Of a stretch of 64,000 nucleotides of DNA, positions 8,887 to 17,987 are shown in pieces. Under the pieces are notes generated by a model. It saw nothing but the letters and a program-made list of their open reading frames with translations, was not told where the DNA came from and made no database searches. Within the stretch, counting starts at the first letter, position 1. Each line of letters opens with the position of its first letter. Made by a program: the position numbers and the translations under genes. The stretch comes from a virus. Taxonomy: Duplodnaviria; Caudoviricetes. The stretch lies in IMG/VR virus record IMGVR_UViG_3300009031_000221, positions 416,001 through 480,000 of that record. One strand, given 5' to 3'.

Positions 8887-10041
8887 TTAGATGTCATTCA
8901 CGATGCCTTCATCAACATTGGCTTCCAAGCGCGGAATAACGTCGTTCCTCTTGGAAACCAGGACGTTGCATCCTGGGAACAACTTGAGATGCTCGACTTG
9001 GCGAACTCCCGCAAGGCTAGCACGGGTAACCTTGGCCCCGCCAAGAATGACCTCATCAAAGATCGCAACGGGGGTGATTCGGCCCGAGTTGCCAACCTGC
9101 CATTGGATATCACGGATGATCGTCCGCTTTGCCTCGAAGGGAAACTTGTAGGCGATCGAACCCTTAGGGCGCCCGCCCAAATCTCCGTGGATTTCCCGGA
9201 TAACCGTATCGTCAATCTCGACAACGAGACCATCAATTTCGTATCCGATCGCCTTCCGCTTGCTCGCACAGTAGATCTGGTATTCCGCCTGAACTTCAGC
9301 CAAGGCTTTCCATACCGACCATTTCGGCGTTTGGAACCCCATGTCTTCCAATGCCAGGAGTTCCGTGGACTTCGATGCCATGGACACGCCTTGCGGCATC
9401 AGGTTGTAGCTCTTGAATGTCAAGTAGGAGCACTTGGCGAAATCGGTCTGCCGCATCAACGTGCCCGTGGCAGAGTTACGTGGGTTGGATTCACCCGGGA
9501 AATGCCGTGCAAAGTCCGTGTGCATGATGATGACTTCGCCCCGAACCCAAACATTGGCGGGAGTCGGATTGCCATCAGGCAGGAATGGGGGAAGCATCTT
9601 CACAACGCCCTGCATCAACATGGCATTGCGAGTAACTTCCTGGCCAATGGAACCATCGCCACGAGTCACTGCCTGAACCAGCACCCTATTGAGGTAATGC
9701 ATGCTCAAAGAGCAACCGTCAAGCTTGTCCATGACGATCAGGGATGATTGAGCGCTGCAACTCGTTACCCAGGCCTGCATGTCCTCGAAGAGCTGTGCCT
9801 TGTTCAGGGAACTCATCGGGATGGTGTGCTTGACCTTGGGCCAACCACCGGCAGTCGGACCTTGCGACACGGGAGCGCCGATGGTCTTCAGGAATGCGTG
9901 GTTAGGATCCAACTTGCGGAGGTCATCCTCAACAGAGTCGTAGACCGGATCGCTGACCAGAGGGGTTCCGGCGTAGTATGCCGCTTTCCACTTGGTCAGA
10001 TTGGCAACCATCTGATCGATTTGTGCTTGGTTCGCGTTCAC
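8887..10041 (-). CDS. ligA: NAD+-dependent DNA ligase, N-terminal part (Ia, adenylation, OB)
   Basis: YY..P.VSD..YD, PMSSL, KLDG, TRGDG, RGEV, NPRN, IDGLV, AYKFP, GRITPVA, NDVIP; ends with TAA after the OB fold. Confidence 0.93.
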   Translation of the reverse strand: MNANQAQIDQMVANLTKWKAAYYAGTPLVSDPVYDSVEDDLRKLDPNHAFLKTIGAPVSQGPTAGGWPKVKHTIPMSSLNKAQLFEDMQAWVTSCSAQSSLIVMDKLDGCSLSMHYLNRVLVQAVTRGDGSIGQEVTRNAMLMQGVVKMLPPFLPDGNPTPANVWVRGEVIIMHTDFARHFPGESNPRNSATGTLMRQTDFAKCSYLTFKSYNLMPQGVSMASKSTELLALEDMGFQTPKWSVWKALAEVQAEYQIYCASKRKAIGYEIDGLVVEIDDTVIREIHGDLGGRPKGSIAYKFPFEAKRTIIRDIQWQVGNSGRITPVAIFDEVILGGAKVTRASLAGVRQVEHLKLFPGCNVLVSKRNDVIPRLEANVDEGIVNDI

Positions 10042-10084
10042 TGGGGGCTCCCTCTATAGGACATCGTCTGTGCCCTTACGTACG

Positions 10085-10111
10085 ATCTACGCTAAAAGAG
10101 GCAGAAGTAAG
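10085..10111 (-). promoter_or_regulatory. conserved promoter-like element (drives ligase N-half)
   Basis: CTTACTT-N12-GCGTAGAT; hairpin GGGCA-CAGACGA-TGTCC at 10059..10075. Confidence 0.85.
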
Positions 10112-10118
10112 TCTAGAC

Positions 10119-10328
10119 CTACCGTGGGAATTCTATCGAATCGGCACCATTATCACACCACTTCCGGCATGAAATATTTCTACGAGGATCCCCGTTTTCG
10201 CAACGCTTGGTGCATCGTTGAACACTGCTGGCTTGGTTGCCCAGGTATACGCCAACGGAAGCCCCCGCAATACAAATCAACACAAAAGCTACAATCAACC
10301 ATCCCTTTGCGGACATTCTATCCTCCAT
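10119..10328 (-). CDS. small membrane protein
   Basis: One TM segment plus Cys-rich tail. Confidence 0.55.
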   Translation of the reverse strand: MEDRMSAKGWLIVAFVLICIAGASVGVYLGNQASSVQRCTKRCENGDPRRNISCRKWCDNGADSIEFPR

Positions 10329-10377
10329 ACGAAGTTGCCTCTACATCACATCTACGATGTACCCTCGAATAGTAAGT

Positions 10378-10560
10378 CTAGCGCTGAACGATGTGCCACC
10401 CTTGGTGAATCACATTGGAGATTTCCTCAGCCAACGCGGGGTCAAGGACTCGTACCAGTTCACGCAATGAATGAAGGTCAAAGGATTGCGTCTCCTTGAC
10501 CGTCCATCCAAGGACTTTCGCGATTCGTTCGTGCATGGCGCTCTCCCCTAGTCGTCCCAA
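10378..10560 (-). CDS. hypothetical protein
   Basis: Gene tiling. Confidence 0.55.
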   Translation of the reverse strand: MGRLGESAMHERIAKVLGWTVKETQSFDLHSLRELVRVLDPALAEEISNVIHQGWHIVQR

Positions 10561-10811
10561 TGAATCAGTTGTTCCACCGTGTAATCCTCGGGAAGGGTTT
10601 CAAAGGGATCCAGTTCTTCCCACTGTGCCTCCGAAATCGTATCCCCCTGGGCATAACTCTGGGTGTGTTCCTTGCCTTCATTCCACCGCACACTACCATC
10701 CTCGAACAGGAAGATGGTGTAGTCCACGTCGTACGTCAACGAATCATCAGAGCTATCGTCTCCGTAATGGAATGCATACAAGAACCCGAATGTTCGTTTG
10801 ATTGTCCTCAT
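10548..10811 (-). CDS. hypothetical protein
   Basis: Gene tiling. Confidence 0.6.
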   Translation of the reverse strand: MRTIKRTFGFLYAFHYGDDSSDDSLTYDVDYTIFLFEDGSVRWNEGKEHTQSYAQGDTISEAQWEELDPFETLPEDYTVEQLIHWDD

Positions 10812-10812
10812 T

Positions 10813-11298
10813 CTACCCCCAGGTGACTTCCCATTTGTGATAATGGGCGTAGGTCACAAGTTCTTCCAGGTCTTCCAACCTACGGATGGTTTGTTCATCC
10901 GTGTTGCCGCAGTCGATAACCTTGCAACCCATTTCAATCTTGCCGACATCGCCCTTCTCCCCCGCAATGGCACGAACCGCTTGGCTCATGGAGGGTTCAC
11001 GGACAAGGTGTTGGCGAGTGGACTCCCGATTCTTGGTCTGCATGAGCAAGTGCTTGATCGTGGGCAAGTGTTCCACGTCCCACGATCCGCACATATCATT
11101 GGTATCCTCACACAGGATACGCAAGATGTCACGGGCATTGCTATTGGCGAAGTTGCATTCCGGCGCCTCGGAAACCCGGGCGATATCAAAGCCATCCTTG
11201 CAGTAGCCGCAACGGGCACCCTCGACGCATCCGGGGAAATCGCAAGCCTGAACCTGATTGTGAACCGGGGCTTGGGGGCAACCGAATGTGATCGACAT
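10813..11298 (-). CDS. hypothetical protein
   Basis: Codon bias, tiling. Confidence 0.7.
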   Translation of the reverse strand: MSITFGCPQAPVHNQVQACDFPGCVEGARCGYCKDGFDIARVSEAPECNFANSNARDILRILCEDTNDMCGSWDVEHLPTIKHLLMQTKNRESTRQHLVREPSMSQAVRAIAGEKGDVGKIEMGCKVIDCGNTDEQTIRRLEDLEELVTYAHYHKWEVTWG

Positions 11299-11307
11299 GA
11301 CGGGCTC

Positions 11308-11589
11308 CTAATTCACAGAGGGTTCGTAGGGTTCAATGACGCATTTCGCGGCCCAACCCTTGTCTTTGGCCTGGAGGAACCGTTGAGCAGCGGCTTCGGT
11401 CTTCCAATGCTGGGCTTGTGTCGGATTGGTCGTGTAGGGCTTACGGTTGGGTTGCCCCTTGGTCACGTATGCCGTGGTATTCCCGTCCCATTTCCAGTTG
11501 ATGACGTAAACCATTGGAGCCCCTACAGCTTGATGGATGGAAGATCCTCGATCCGATCTACCCATTTCCAAGCGTTGAGGGCGTTGCAC
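11308..11589 (-). CDS. hypothetical protein (start probably near 11511)
   Basis: Gene tiling. Confidence 0.55.
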   Translation of the reverse strand: MQRPQRLEMGRSDRGSSIHQAVGAPMVYVINWKWDGNTTAYVTKGQPNRKPYTTNPTQAQHWKTEAAAQRFLQAKDKGWAAKCVIEPYEPSVN

Positions 11590-11819
11590 ATCATCTGGGC
11601 CACGCTGCCCTTGGTGGGGTAATAGACACGAACTTCAGCCGTACCGTAGAAGGTGCGATCCCAGTCAGTGATGTCACCTTCATCCAGCATTCGGTCCAAT
11701 TCCGCAGAGCGTGTACGAGCCGCTTCTTTGACGCCCTTCTTGGTGGTTGCCCACACGGTGTCGATCTCGGTGTCCGACTCGCTGATTCGCTGCCACGTAA
11801 TCTGGTAAATCTTCGTCAT
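11523..11819 (-). CDS. hypothetical protein
   Basis: GGAACCTACGATG start context after element at 11859. Confidence 0.75.
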   Translation of the reverse strand: MTKIYQITWQRISESDTEIDTVWATTKKGVKEAARTRSAELDRMLDEGDITDWDRTFYGTAEVRVYYPTKGSVAQMMCNALNAWKWVDRIEDLPSIKL

Positions 11820-11858
11820 CGTAGGTTCCTAAGGGTATCGTCTGCGCCCCGGTAGTAC

Positions 11859-11885
11859 ATCTACGCTGGCACAAGGGAAAGTAAG
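11859..11885 (-). promoter_or_regulatory. conserved promoter-like element
   Basis: CTTACTT-N12-GCGTAGAT. Confidence 0.85.
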
Positions 11886-11888
11886 TAT

Positions 11889-12170
11889 CTAGGACTTGAT
11901 AATCTTGATGCGGGACCACTTGGCTACGGATCCATCGGATTTGCCCTGCTGGTAGTAGGATGTCCGATAGGTTTGACCCGCCTTGATGCCGGTGTTGGCA
12001 TTGTCTGTCTTGGCGGTATGAATCCGCGTCCGTAGGAGTTGTTTGGGGCTATCCCGTTTCGGGGCCTTGGTGTCCAGAGCTTGATACATGGACTCAGCAC
12101 AATCATAGCCCGTCATTTCGGCCAGATCTTCATCTGAGCAAATCAAATCTTCATCGTGTCCGTAACCCAT
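11889..12170 (-). CDS. hypothetical protein
   Basis: Stop abuts the element at 11885. Confidence 0.65.
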   Translation of the reverse strand: MGYGHDEDLICSDEDLAEMTGYDCAESMYQALDTKAPKRDSPKQLLRTRIHTAKTDNANTGIKAGQTYRTSYYQQGKSDGSVAKWSRIKIIKS

Positions 12171-12182
12171 GGTAAATCCTTG

Positions 12183-12557
12183 TTAGGACAGTTGCGTGCC
12201 GCAGGTGCAAGATGATTGGAAGTTGTGTTCGCCTCGGGCTTCCGGATGGCAGCACCAAAGGCAAAGCAGCACGCCCGTCTTCTTGGAATGCGGAAGCGGG
12301 TTCGGAGCGATCTCATGGTTGGCTTGCGCCCGCTGGGCCTGCCGGGCGTTCCACTGGGCAATGCCATAGTCTTCAACGCACTTCGCCAAGTCCGCATCCG
12401 CACAGTCATCCGAAACGGCACCCATCAACGTGTACGCCCCAGGGGCGTTCAAGTTTTCGCATGCCCCTACCCGCCAAAGCCCGCCGCCGTAGATGATGTA
12501 CAAGCATTCACCAATCTGCAATGCCTGGCCAAGGCGATTGATTTTCGAGTTCGTCAT
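12183..12557 (-). CDS. hypothetical protein
   Basis: Downstream of element at 12616; start trimmed to ATG 12557. Confidence 0.65.
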   Translation of the reverse strand: MTNSKINRLGQALQIGECLYIIYGGGLWRVGACENLNAPGAYTLMGAVSDDCADADLAKCVEDYGIAQWNARQAQRAQANHEIAPNPLPHSKKTGVLLCLWCCHPEARGEHNFQSSCTCGTQLS

Positions 12558-12615
12558 GGAGTACCCCTGAAACAGCAACGAGTTTCTTGAGGACATCGTC
12601 TGTGCCCTACACATC

Positions 12616-12642
12616 ATCTACGCTACAATCGGCGGAAGTAAG
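12616..12642 (-). promoter_or_regulatory. conserved promoter-like element
   Basis: CTTACTT-N12-GCGTAGAT; hairpin GGGCA-CAGACGA-TGTCC at 12591..12607. Confidence 0.85.
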
Positions 12643-12911
12643 TCCCAGTAGGTGATGAATTCGTCTTGAGTCCATGCACCGCTTTCCCTAGCCGGCCAGT
12701 TCTTCGCGTCCCATGGAATGGTTTTGTAGGGCATCATCTGCTTCATGTCCAGAAGGTCAATGGCGTCCCCTTCCTCGAACTTCTGTTCCCCTTCCTTGCC
12801 GTAGTTCCAGAATACGTAGATGGAGTTGATGATGAACACCGTGTAGTGAACATCTAGACCATCCGCATCCTTCTCAGGGTACAGAAACTGGACTGTCTTT
12901 GTGATTAGCAT
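12618..12911 (-). CDS. hypothetical protein
   Basis: Stop is the TAG of the GCGTAGAT box. Confidence 0.55.
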   Translation of the reverse strand: MLITKTVQFLYPEKDADGLDVHYTVFIINSIYVFWNYGKEGEQKFEEGDAIDLLDMKQMMPYKTIPWDAKNWPARESGAWTQDEFITYWDLLPPIVA

Positions 12912-13143
12912 GCGATTTCCTTGAGATCTGAAGGGTGCAGTTGATTGAATACATTTTCCACGATTCTCGCCCGAATACGATAGCCCCACCCGTAGTCCAC
13001 AGAATCATCCAACCCTTGGCAAGGATGCTGGGGTTATCCACGCATCCCAAGTAAATGGCACCGATCCCGAATGCCACGCTCAGGAGCGCAACAACAAGAA
13101 TGAGGCGAGGATGAAACATCATGTCAGGGTTTCGGTTTAGCAT
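12874..13143 (-). CDS. membrane protein
   Basis: Two hydrophobic segments. Confidence 0.55.
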   Translation of the reverse strand: MLNRNPDMMFHPRLILVVALLSVAFGIGAIYLGCVDNPSILAKGWMILWTTGGAIVFGRESWKMYSINCTLQISRKSHANHKDSPVSVP

Positions 13144-13397
13144 TAGTCCGTGTGTTTGGCCCGAAATTCCGCCATCTGGCCTTCCTTAGTGTAATGAGCG
13201 CTATAGGAGTAGATCTCGTCATAGCGATTGCCGCCCCGAATCAACTCGGCACAACGATCCTCAACCTTGTCCGCCGGCATGATGTATACCGGAAAGTTCT
13301 CATGGTCGAAGTCATCGTAGCCGATGATCATGTGGGTAGCGCCCATGCGAACGCCCTCATCGTACCAGCTACTTAGATCATCGCGACTAGCACTCAT
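13143..13397 (-). CDS. conserved phage hypothetical protein
   Basis: GATHMII..D.FD.E.FPVY pattern typical of a small phage family (recalled). Confidence 0.65.
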   Translation of the reverse strand: MSASRDDLSSWYDEGVRMGATHMIIGYDDFDHENFPVYIMPADKVEDRCAELIRGGNRYDEIYSYSAHYTKEGQMAEFRAKHTD

Positions 13398-13722
13398 CGA
13401 TCCATCCTCTGGCGAAGTAATTCGCCAAATCTATAGGGGTTGTCAAGGTAAACAGGGCTTTGGCATCGGGGTTCCAACCCTGATCAATGCTTCCCGTAAT
13501 GATCGTCTCGATATCCTTTGGCGTAATCGATGGTTGACGATAACGATCGTAGGCATCAAATTCCCAAGGTTCAGGTTCCGATAAATGTTCCTTGACGCCG
13601 ATGCCTACACGTAGCGTCCCCTGTGTAGTACGCTGAACGGGACGAACTTCGATACCCCTGAGGATGAAATGCCACCGGAAGGGGCGTCCGTTGACTACGA
13701 TATTTCGTCCGCCTTTCATCAT
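13387..13722 (-). CDS. hypothetical protein
   Basis: Gene tiling. Confidence 0.6.
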   Translation of the reverse strand: MMKGGRNIVVNGRPFRWHFILRGIEVRPVQRTTQGTLRVGIGVKEHLSEPEPWEFDAYDRYRQPSITPKDIETIITGSIDQGWNPDAKALFTLTTPIDLANYFARGWIDEC

Positions 13723-13725
13723 GGT

Positions 13726-14382
13726 CTAGACCTCATCGTAGCTAGATGCCTGTGCCCGGATGATCTCTTCCGCTTCCCGGCATTTGGCTCGAGCCGTGGC
13801 CTGATAGCGCTCCAGGTATTCGACCGCCTTTGCGGTTTCAGCGGGGTCGTTGTACTGCAGCAACATGACCGCATACTCCATGGCACCCAAGCAAGCGCAA
13901 GCGGCTTCCGAATACAGGACGATGGGCTTGACCCGTGGAGCGGGCTTAGGCTCCGTCTTGATGGGGTTGTCGATATGGAATGTCACGGCTTCGATGATGG
14001 TGTTCAGTTCTTCGCTGATGGTTTCTTGTTTCGCCTGACGGCGCTGTGCCAAGGGGATGAGGACTTCCGTCAATAGTCCCCCAAAGAGCACCCCGAGGAT
14101 GGTTCCAACGGTTACGCCAGTGGCGCATACCGTAAACAGGAATCCAAGGGATGCCCCTAGCCATGTACTGCCTATCCAAATTGCAATCTTCTGATAGGGA
14201 TAGTCCATGTTCTTACCCCACTCTGTCTTTGGATCTTTCAATCCATACAGGCCGATCAATATCCCCAAGACTAATCCGACACCAAGACCGACAACAGCCC
14301 CAAACGCATCCTTCGTAATAGAAACCCCGACCAGCATCCCTATCATCCCCATGGGAATGCTGATTGCCGCGAAGTAATTCAT
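13726..14382 (-). CDS. multi-pass membrane protein
   Basis: About four Gly-rich TM segments. Confidence 0.65.
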   Translation of the reverse strand: MNYFAAISIPMGMIGMLVGVSITKDAFGAVVGLGVGLVLGILIGLYGLKDPKTEWGKNMDYPYQKIAIWIGSTWLGASLGFLFTVCATGVTVGTILGVLFGGLLTEVLIPLAQRRQAKQETISEELNTIIEAVTFHIDNPIKTEPKPAPRVKPIVLYSEAACACLGAMEYAVMLLQYNDPAETAKAVEYLERYQATARAKCREAEEIIRAQASSYDEV

Positions 14383-14386
14383 GTTT

Positions 14387-14971
14387 CTACCCCACTCCGT
14401 TCAGGACGCGATCCACGCCAAAGCGCAGCTTGATCCAGGATTCCAATCGTTCGTAGGGCATATCATCGGCCCGCCAGTAGAACTTGTGCAAGCACTGACC
14501 GCATCCCGTTCCCATGACGTAGAATCCGATGTGCTTGGTGTATTTGGGGTTCCCACATTCGGTTTTCTCTCCCACGTCCCTCCCGTTGTAGTCAATGCAC
14601 ATGTTCCAACGGTTCGGGTCGAATTCCCCACGGATGTAATCATCTACCAGGTTTTGCAGCGTGTAGGGCTGGGCGGCAACCGGAACCTGCGGCACCATGT
14701 CCGCCGGCTCTTCGGGAAAAGAGGGTCGGGCGTTTGGCAGTTCGATGGCCTGCATGAATTCGTGCATGACGTTGTAGGGAACATTGAATCCCCCCGTCCC
14801 GTCATCGCATTGGAATACAATTCCTTGACCCCGCCATTCCATGCATCCTTCATTGTTGGACAAGCAAGAAGCCGTCACAACGTCCGGGGCATTCGCGAAC
14901 TTGGTGATGGTGATACGCCACCCTTCCAGTTCGCAGTGCTCATGCCCGTACTTGTCCGTCGTCCAGCCCAT
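14387..14971 (-). CDS. hypothetical protein
   Basis: Gene tiling. Confidence 0.65.
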   Translation of the reverse strand: MGWTTDKYGHEHCELEGWRITITKFANAPDVVTASCLSNNEGCMEWRGQGIVFQCDDGTGGFNVPYNVMHEFMQAIELPNARPSFPEEPADMVPQVPVAAQPYTLQNLVDDYIRGEFDPNRWNMCIDYNGRDVGEKTECGNPKYTKHIGFYVMGTGCGQCLHKFYWRADDMPYERLESWIKLRFGVDRVLNGVG

Positions 14972-15435
14972 TACATCCCCCGTGACATGGTGGGGTCAAC
15001 CACCTCATCATCGTCAACCATTTCCACGGTGATTTCCTTGATGTAGACCGTCAAGTCCTGCTCCATGCGGATGTCCGCCAGGATGGGAGCGTTGCCCATT
15101 TCCGTGACGCGGGCCGACTTGCTGAAGAACACTTCCTGACCCAGCCAGTGGCCTTCCAGGACAACGGTGAAGATCAGGTTGCCGTTCTCAGTCTCGGTTT
15201 CCCGAACCAATTCAACCAAGTGCGTCGTGTGCTTCCGGGCACCCTCGGGGCAAACCGCGTGGAAGTCCGCGATGCGGGCTTGGCAAGGCACCTCATCCGC
15301 AACCGCTTTCTGCATGAACAAACGAGCCGCCGCCTTCGCACCCTTGCGGCTTGCGAACTTCTCGTTCTCGCCAACCTTGATCGGCGTGTTCAAGCCACTG
15401 GAGTACGTTGCGGTGAAGTAGGTAAACTTGGTCAT
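14971..15435 (-). CDS. hypothetical protein
   Basis: GGAACCTACGATG start context. Confidence 0.75.
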   Translation of the reverse strand: MTKFTYFTATYSSGLNTPIKVGENEKFASRKGAKAAARLFMQKAVADEVPCQARIADFHAVCPEGARKHTTHLVELVRETETENGNLIFTVVLEGHWLGQEVFFSKSARVTEMGNAPILADIRMEQDLTVYIKEITVEMVDDDEVVDPTMSRGM

Positions 15436-15483
15436 CGTAGGTTCCTCAGGGCTAGTCGTGCCGTAGCAGCCGCCCTATGTATG

Positions 15484-15510
15484 ATCTACGCCAGAGTTTG
15501 AGAAAGTAAG
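15484..15510 (-). promoter_or_regulatory. conserved promoter-like element
   Basis: CTTACTT-N12-GCGTAGAT. Confidence 0.85.
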
Positions 15511-15513
15511 TCC

Positions 15514-15855
15514 TCAGTCCTTCTTCGCCTTCCAGTTCTCCTCAAGCCACACGATGCCGATTTCCCCGCCCCATTCTCGGGGTTTACGCCAAATGTTCTC
15601 GGGCGTAACGCGGATCTGGGCGCACAATTCATCCAAGCTTTTGTGCGCTTCTTCCAAGTTGATGAAGCCCCCCGTGTGGTGCATCTTGGACTTCAAGCGG
15701 ACGATCTTGACATCTTGGACATCCGCGACCGACCCCGGCATCGGGGCTTCCTCGAAGAAGGCCGGATGGTACTTGCCCGTCGTCACGTCATGCAATACGC
15801 AAAGCACGTCCAAAGGGCCCCCGGTAAAGGTTCCATCACCGTTCTGAATCATCAT
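15514..15855 (-). CDS. hypothetical protein
   Basis: GGAGGA RBS; stop abuts element. Confidence 0.7.
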   Translation of the reverse strand: MMIQNGDGTFTGGPLDVLCVLHDVTTGKYHPAFFEEAPMPGSVADVQDVKIVRLKSKMHHTGGFINLEEAHKSLDELCAQIRVTPENIWRKPREWGGEIGIVWLEENWKAKKD

Positions 15856-15864
15856 GGCGTCCTC

Positions 15865-16353
15865 CTAAGCAGGAATGCGTTCCAACACCTTGAGGGTTTC
15901 GCCGTCCATGACCTTGGAGGCGTAATCCATCTTCATGTCCGAGGTCATGCGGGTATCCATTTCGACGAGGGAAATTTCGGATTCCCGGATGCGACGGCGA
16001 GTGGCGGGATCGAGTTCGCTGAACAACTTGCCGTTCAGGGCGGGGAAATACTTTGATCCCTGTGCCTTCCATCCATCCTTCAGGAAGGAATCGAGCATGC
16101 TGATTCGTGCAGCACCATCGACCAACCGATCATGCGAAACGTACTTCCCATCTTCCAGGACAGGATTGCCCATGACAACCAGGAGGTTACCGATTCCCGC
16201 ACGCAGGATGAGGCACTCGACAAGACCCGTGGCCCAGATCACGCCGCTGCTGCGAACTTGAGGCATGAGGAGGCTGCCCTTGTCCAGGGCCTCAACGACA
16301 CCCTCGAGGCTGCAAGTATTGCGGTAGATGCGGAAGGTACTGGGATCGAACAT
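15865..16353 (-). CDS. degenerate DUF262 (GmrSD N-terminal-like) protein
   Basis: LVDGAARISMLDSF and LNGKLFSELDPATRRRI follow the DUF262 pattern, but QR residues are replaced. Confidence 0.55.
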   Translation of the reverse strand: MFDPSTFRIYRNTCSLEGVVEALDKGSLLMPQVRSSGVIWATGLVECLILRAGIGNLLVVMGNPVLEDGKYVSHDRLVDGAARISMLDSFLKDGWKAQGSKYFPALNGKLFSELDPATRRRIRESEISLVEMDTRMTSDMKMDYASKVMDGETLKVLERIPA

Positions 16354-16388
16354 CGTAGATTCCTGATGCGGGCATCCGTGCCCTGCTA

Positions 16389-16652
16389 TCAATCTACGCT
16401 GCCGCGACGAAAAGTAAGTCCATCATTCGATGCCCTGCATCCGTCCGATAGTACTTCGCTAGGTTGCGAGCTAGCTATACAGGCTCCCGTCAACATCCGA
16501 CCCTTTGCCTTACGGCAAGCCTTCAAGTGATCACGATACTCGGATTGCATTCCCGCATCATCCGTTTCCTGAATCACAGAAACCCAGACGTACGCCGCAA
16601 GTGACCAACGCTTGTTCTTCTCCGCATCCAATGCTTCTTCAAGTAGCGTCAT
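16389..16652 (-). CDS. hypothetical protein
   Basis: ATGA coupling to MBL stop; reads through the element at 16392. Confidence 0.45.
   Translation of the reverse strand: MTLLEEALDAEKNKRWSLAAYVWVSVIQETDDAGMQSEYRDHLKACRKAKGRMLTGACIASSQPSEVLSDGCRASNDGLTFRRGSVD
16392..16418 (-). promoter_or_regulatory. conserved promoter-like element
   Basis: CTTACTT-N12-GCGTAGAT; hairpin GGGCA-CGGA-TGCCC at 16370..16383. Confidence 0.85.
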
Positions 16653-17530
16653 AGCACTATCACCAATTTGCCACGCATAGCCCAACGGAATCCCGCATCG
16701 TATGCTTCCTGAGGCGGCTCTTGACTCGTGTGTGCCAAGTAGGTCTTGTTGCGAAGTTCCTCAGGCAAAGCCGCCAGGGCGCTATAGGGACAATGGACAT
16801 GCTTGCCGTCCTTCCCATCCGAATAGAACTGGCAATCGTGGAACATGATATCCGCGTCTTTCCACCAGCCCGAATGCGTAACTGCCGTGTCCCCACTGAA
16901 CACAACCACGCTCTTGCCAACACGGACAATGTATCCGTACGAAGGGAACTTGGTCCCATTCAAGTCCATGACGATGTTGTGGTCTACCACATTCGCAAGA
17001 ACCTCGAAGTCCTCATCCTTTGTCCCGTGGTAGTAGGCACAATCAAAGTAGTCTTGCAATCTAAATGTGCCATGGTTTGCCGCAGTGGATGCCGGGTTGT
17101 GATACCGCAACTCATCCAGTTGTTCAGCAAGCATGTTCCACACATCAGGAGGGGCTACCAAGACAGGCTTGAACTGTTCGATGAACTTGACCCGCCATGC
17201 CAGGGAAGCCAATCCCCCGCAATGATCCGCATGGGCATGCGTGATGCAGATGCCCTTCAGGTTGTGGACAACGGACTCGTATCCAGGCATGCACCCACAG
17301 ATTTGCAGCATCGTTTCCGGGCCGCAGTCAATGAGCCAGAACTTGTGGCTTTCCAACAGCGTGTAGTTATTTGCAGGGAATACCGTGAAGGTACGATCCT
17401 CTGAAGGATACGATGTAACCTTCGGGATGCTATCAACATCCAAGTTCGGGATGATTGCGAAGTTGGTATTGCCGAAGTGTCCCATAGGGACGCCACCACC
17501 ATGACCGAATACGTAAATTCCTGTTGCCAT
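16649..17530 (-). CDS. metallo-beta-lactamase-fold hydrolase, Apyc1-like cyclic-nucleotide phosphodiesterase candidate
   Basis: LIDCG, THAHADHCGG, FSGDT, FHDC, HVHCPYSALAALP, YLAH. Confidence 0.8.
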   Translation of the reverse strand: MATGIYVFGHGGGVPMGHFGNTNFAIIPNLDVDSIPKVTSYPSEDRTFTVFPANNYTLLESHKFWLIDCGPETMLQICGCMPGYESVVHNLKGICITHAHADHCGGLASLAWRVKFIEQFKPVLVAPPDVWNMLAEQLDELRYHNPASTAANHGTFRLQDYFDCAYYHGTKDEDFEVLANVVDHNIVMDLNGTKFPSYGYIVRVGKSVVVFSGDTAVTHSGWWKDADIMFHDCQFYSDGKDGKHVHCPYSALAALPEELRNKTYLAHTSQEPPQEAYDAGFRWAMRGKLVIVL

Positions 17531-17531
17531 G

Positions 17532-17987
17532 TTAATCAATCTCCAAGTCGCGAAACCGTTTACCATCCGGGGTCAAATCCCCCTTGACGGGCTTCTTTCC
17601 CTGAACGGAACCTTGAATGTCGTTCGCCAGTTGCCAATCCCGACCTTCCAACCGGGGCTTCGTGGATGCTACCGCGGGGACATCCTCCGGAATCAATGCT
17701 AGATAATCCCCAAGTTGGAAAAATGCAAGCTCTGCTTGACGCAAGGCCTGCGTAGCCAGATTGGGCAATGCCCTTATTTCTCTCCGTTCATGCGCCAAAG
17801 CCTCTCGTTCTTGCCGCGTGCCTTCCCGAAGTTTCGCCATAGCATTACGGAGATCCGTGTTTTGCTTCCGTAGATCCTTGTTGGATGCCATGAGGTCGGC
17901 GTTTTCTTCAGTCGGGCTGCGGGTTAGAAGTTTGTTCTTTTCCTTCAGGCCATTGATGACCCTTTGCGAATGCGCCACATCATCCAT
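17532..17987 (-). CDS. coiled-coil hypothetical protein
   Basis: Heptad-rich N-half. Confidence 0.6.
   Translation of the reverse strand: MDDVAHSQRVINGLKEKNKLLTRSPTEENADLMASNKDLRKQNTDLRNAMAKLREGTRQEREALAHERREIRALPNLATQALRQAELAFFQLGDYLALIPEDVPAVASTKPRLEGRDWQLANDIQGSVQGKKPVKGDLTPDGKRFRDLEID

Noticed and set aside
2733-10059. Long opposite-strand ORFs such as 2733..3875, 5445..6473 and 8989..9747
   Set aside because: Shadow frames of GC-rich real genes; no motifs, RBS or promoter element; the same applies to most nested ORFs in the track
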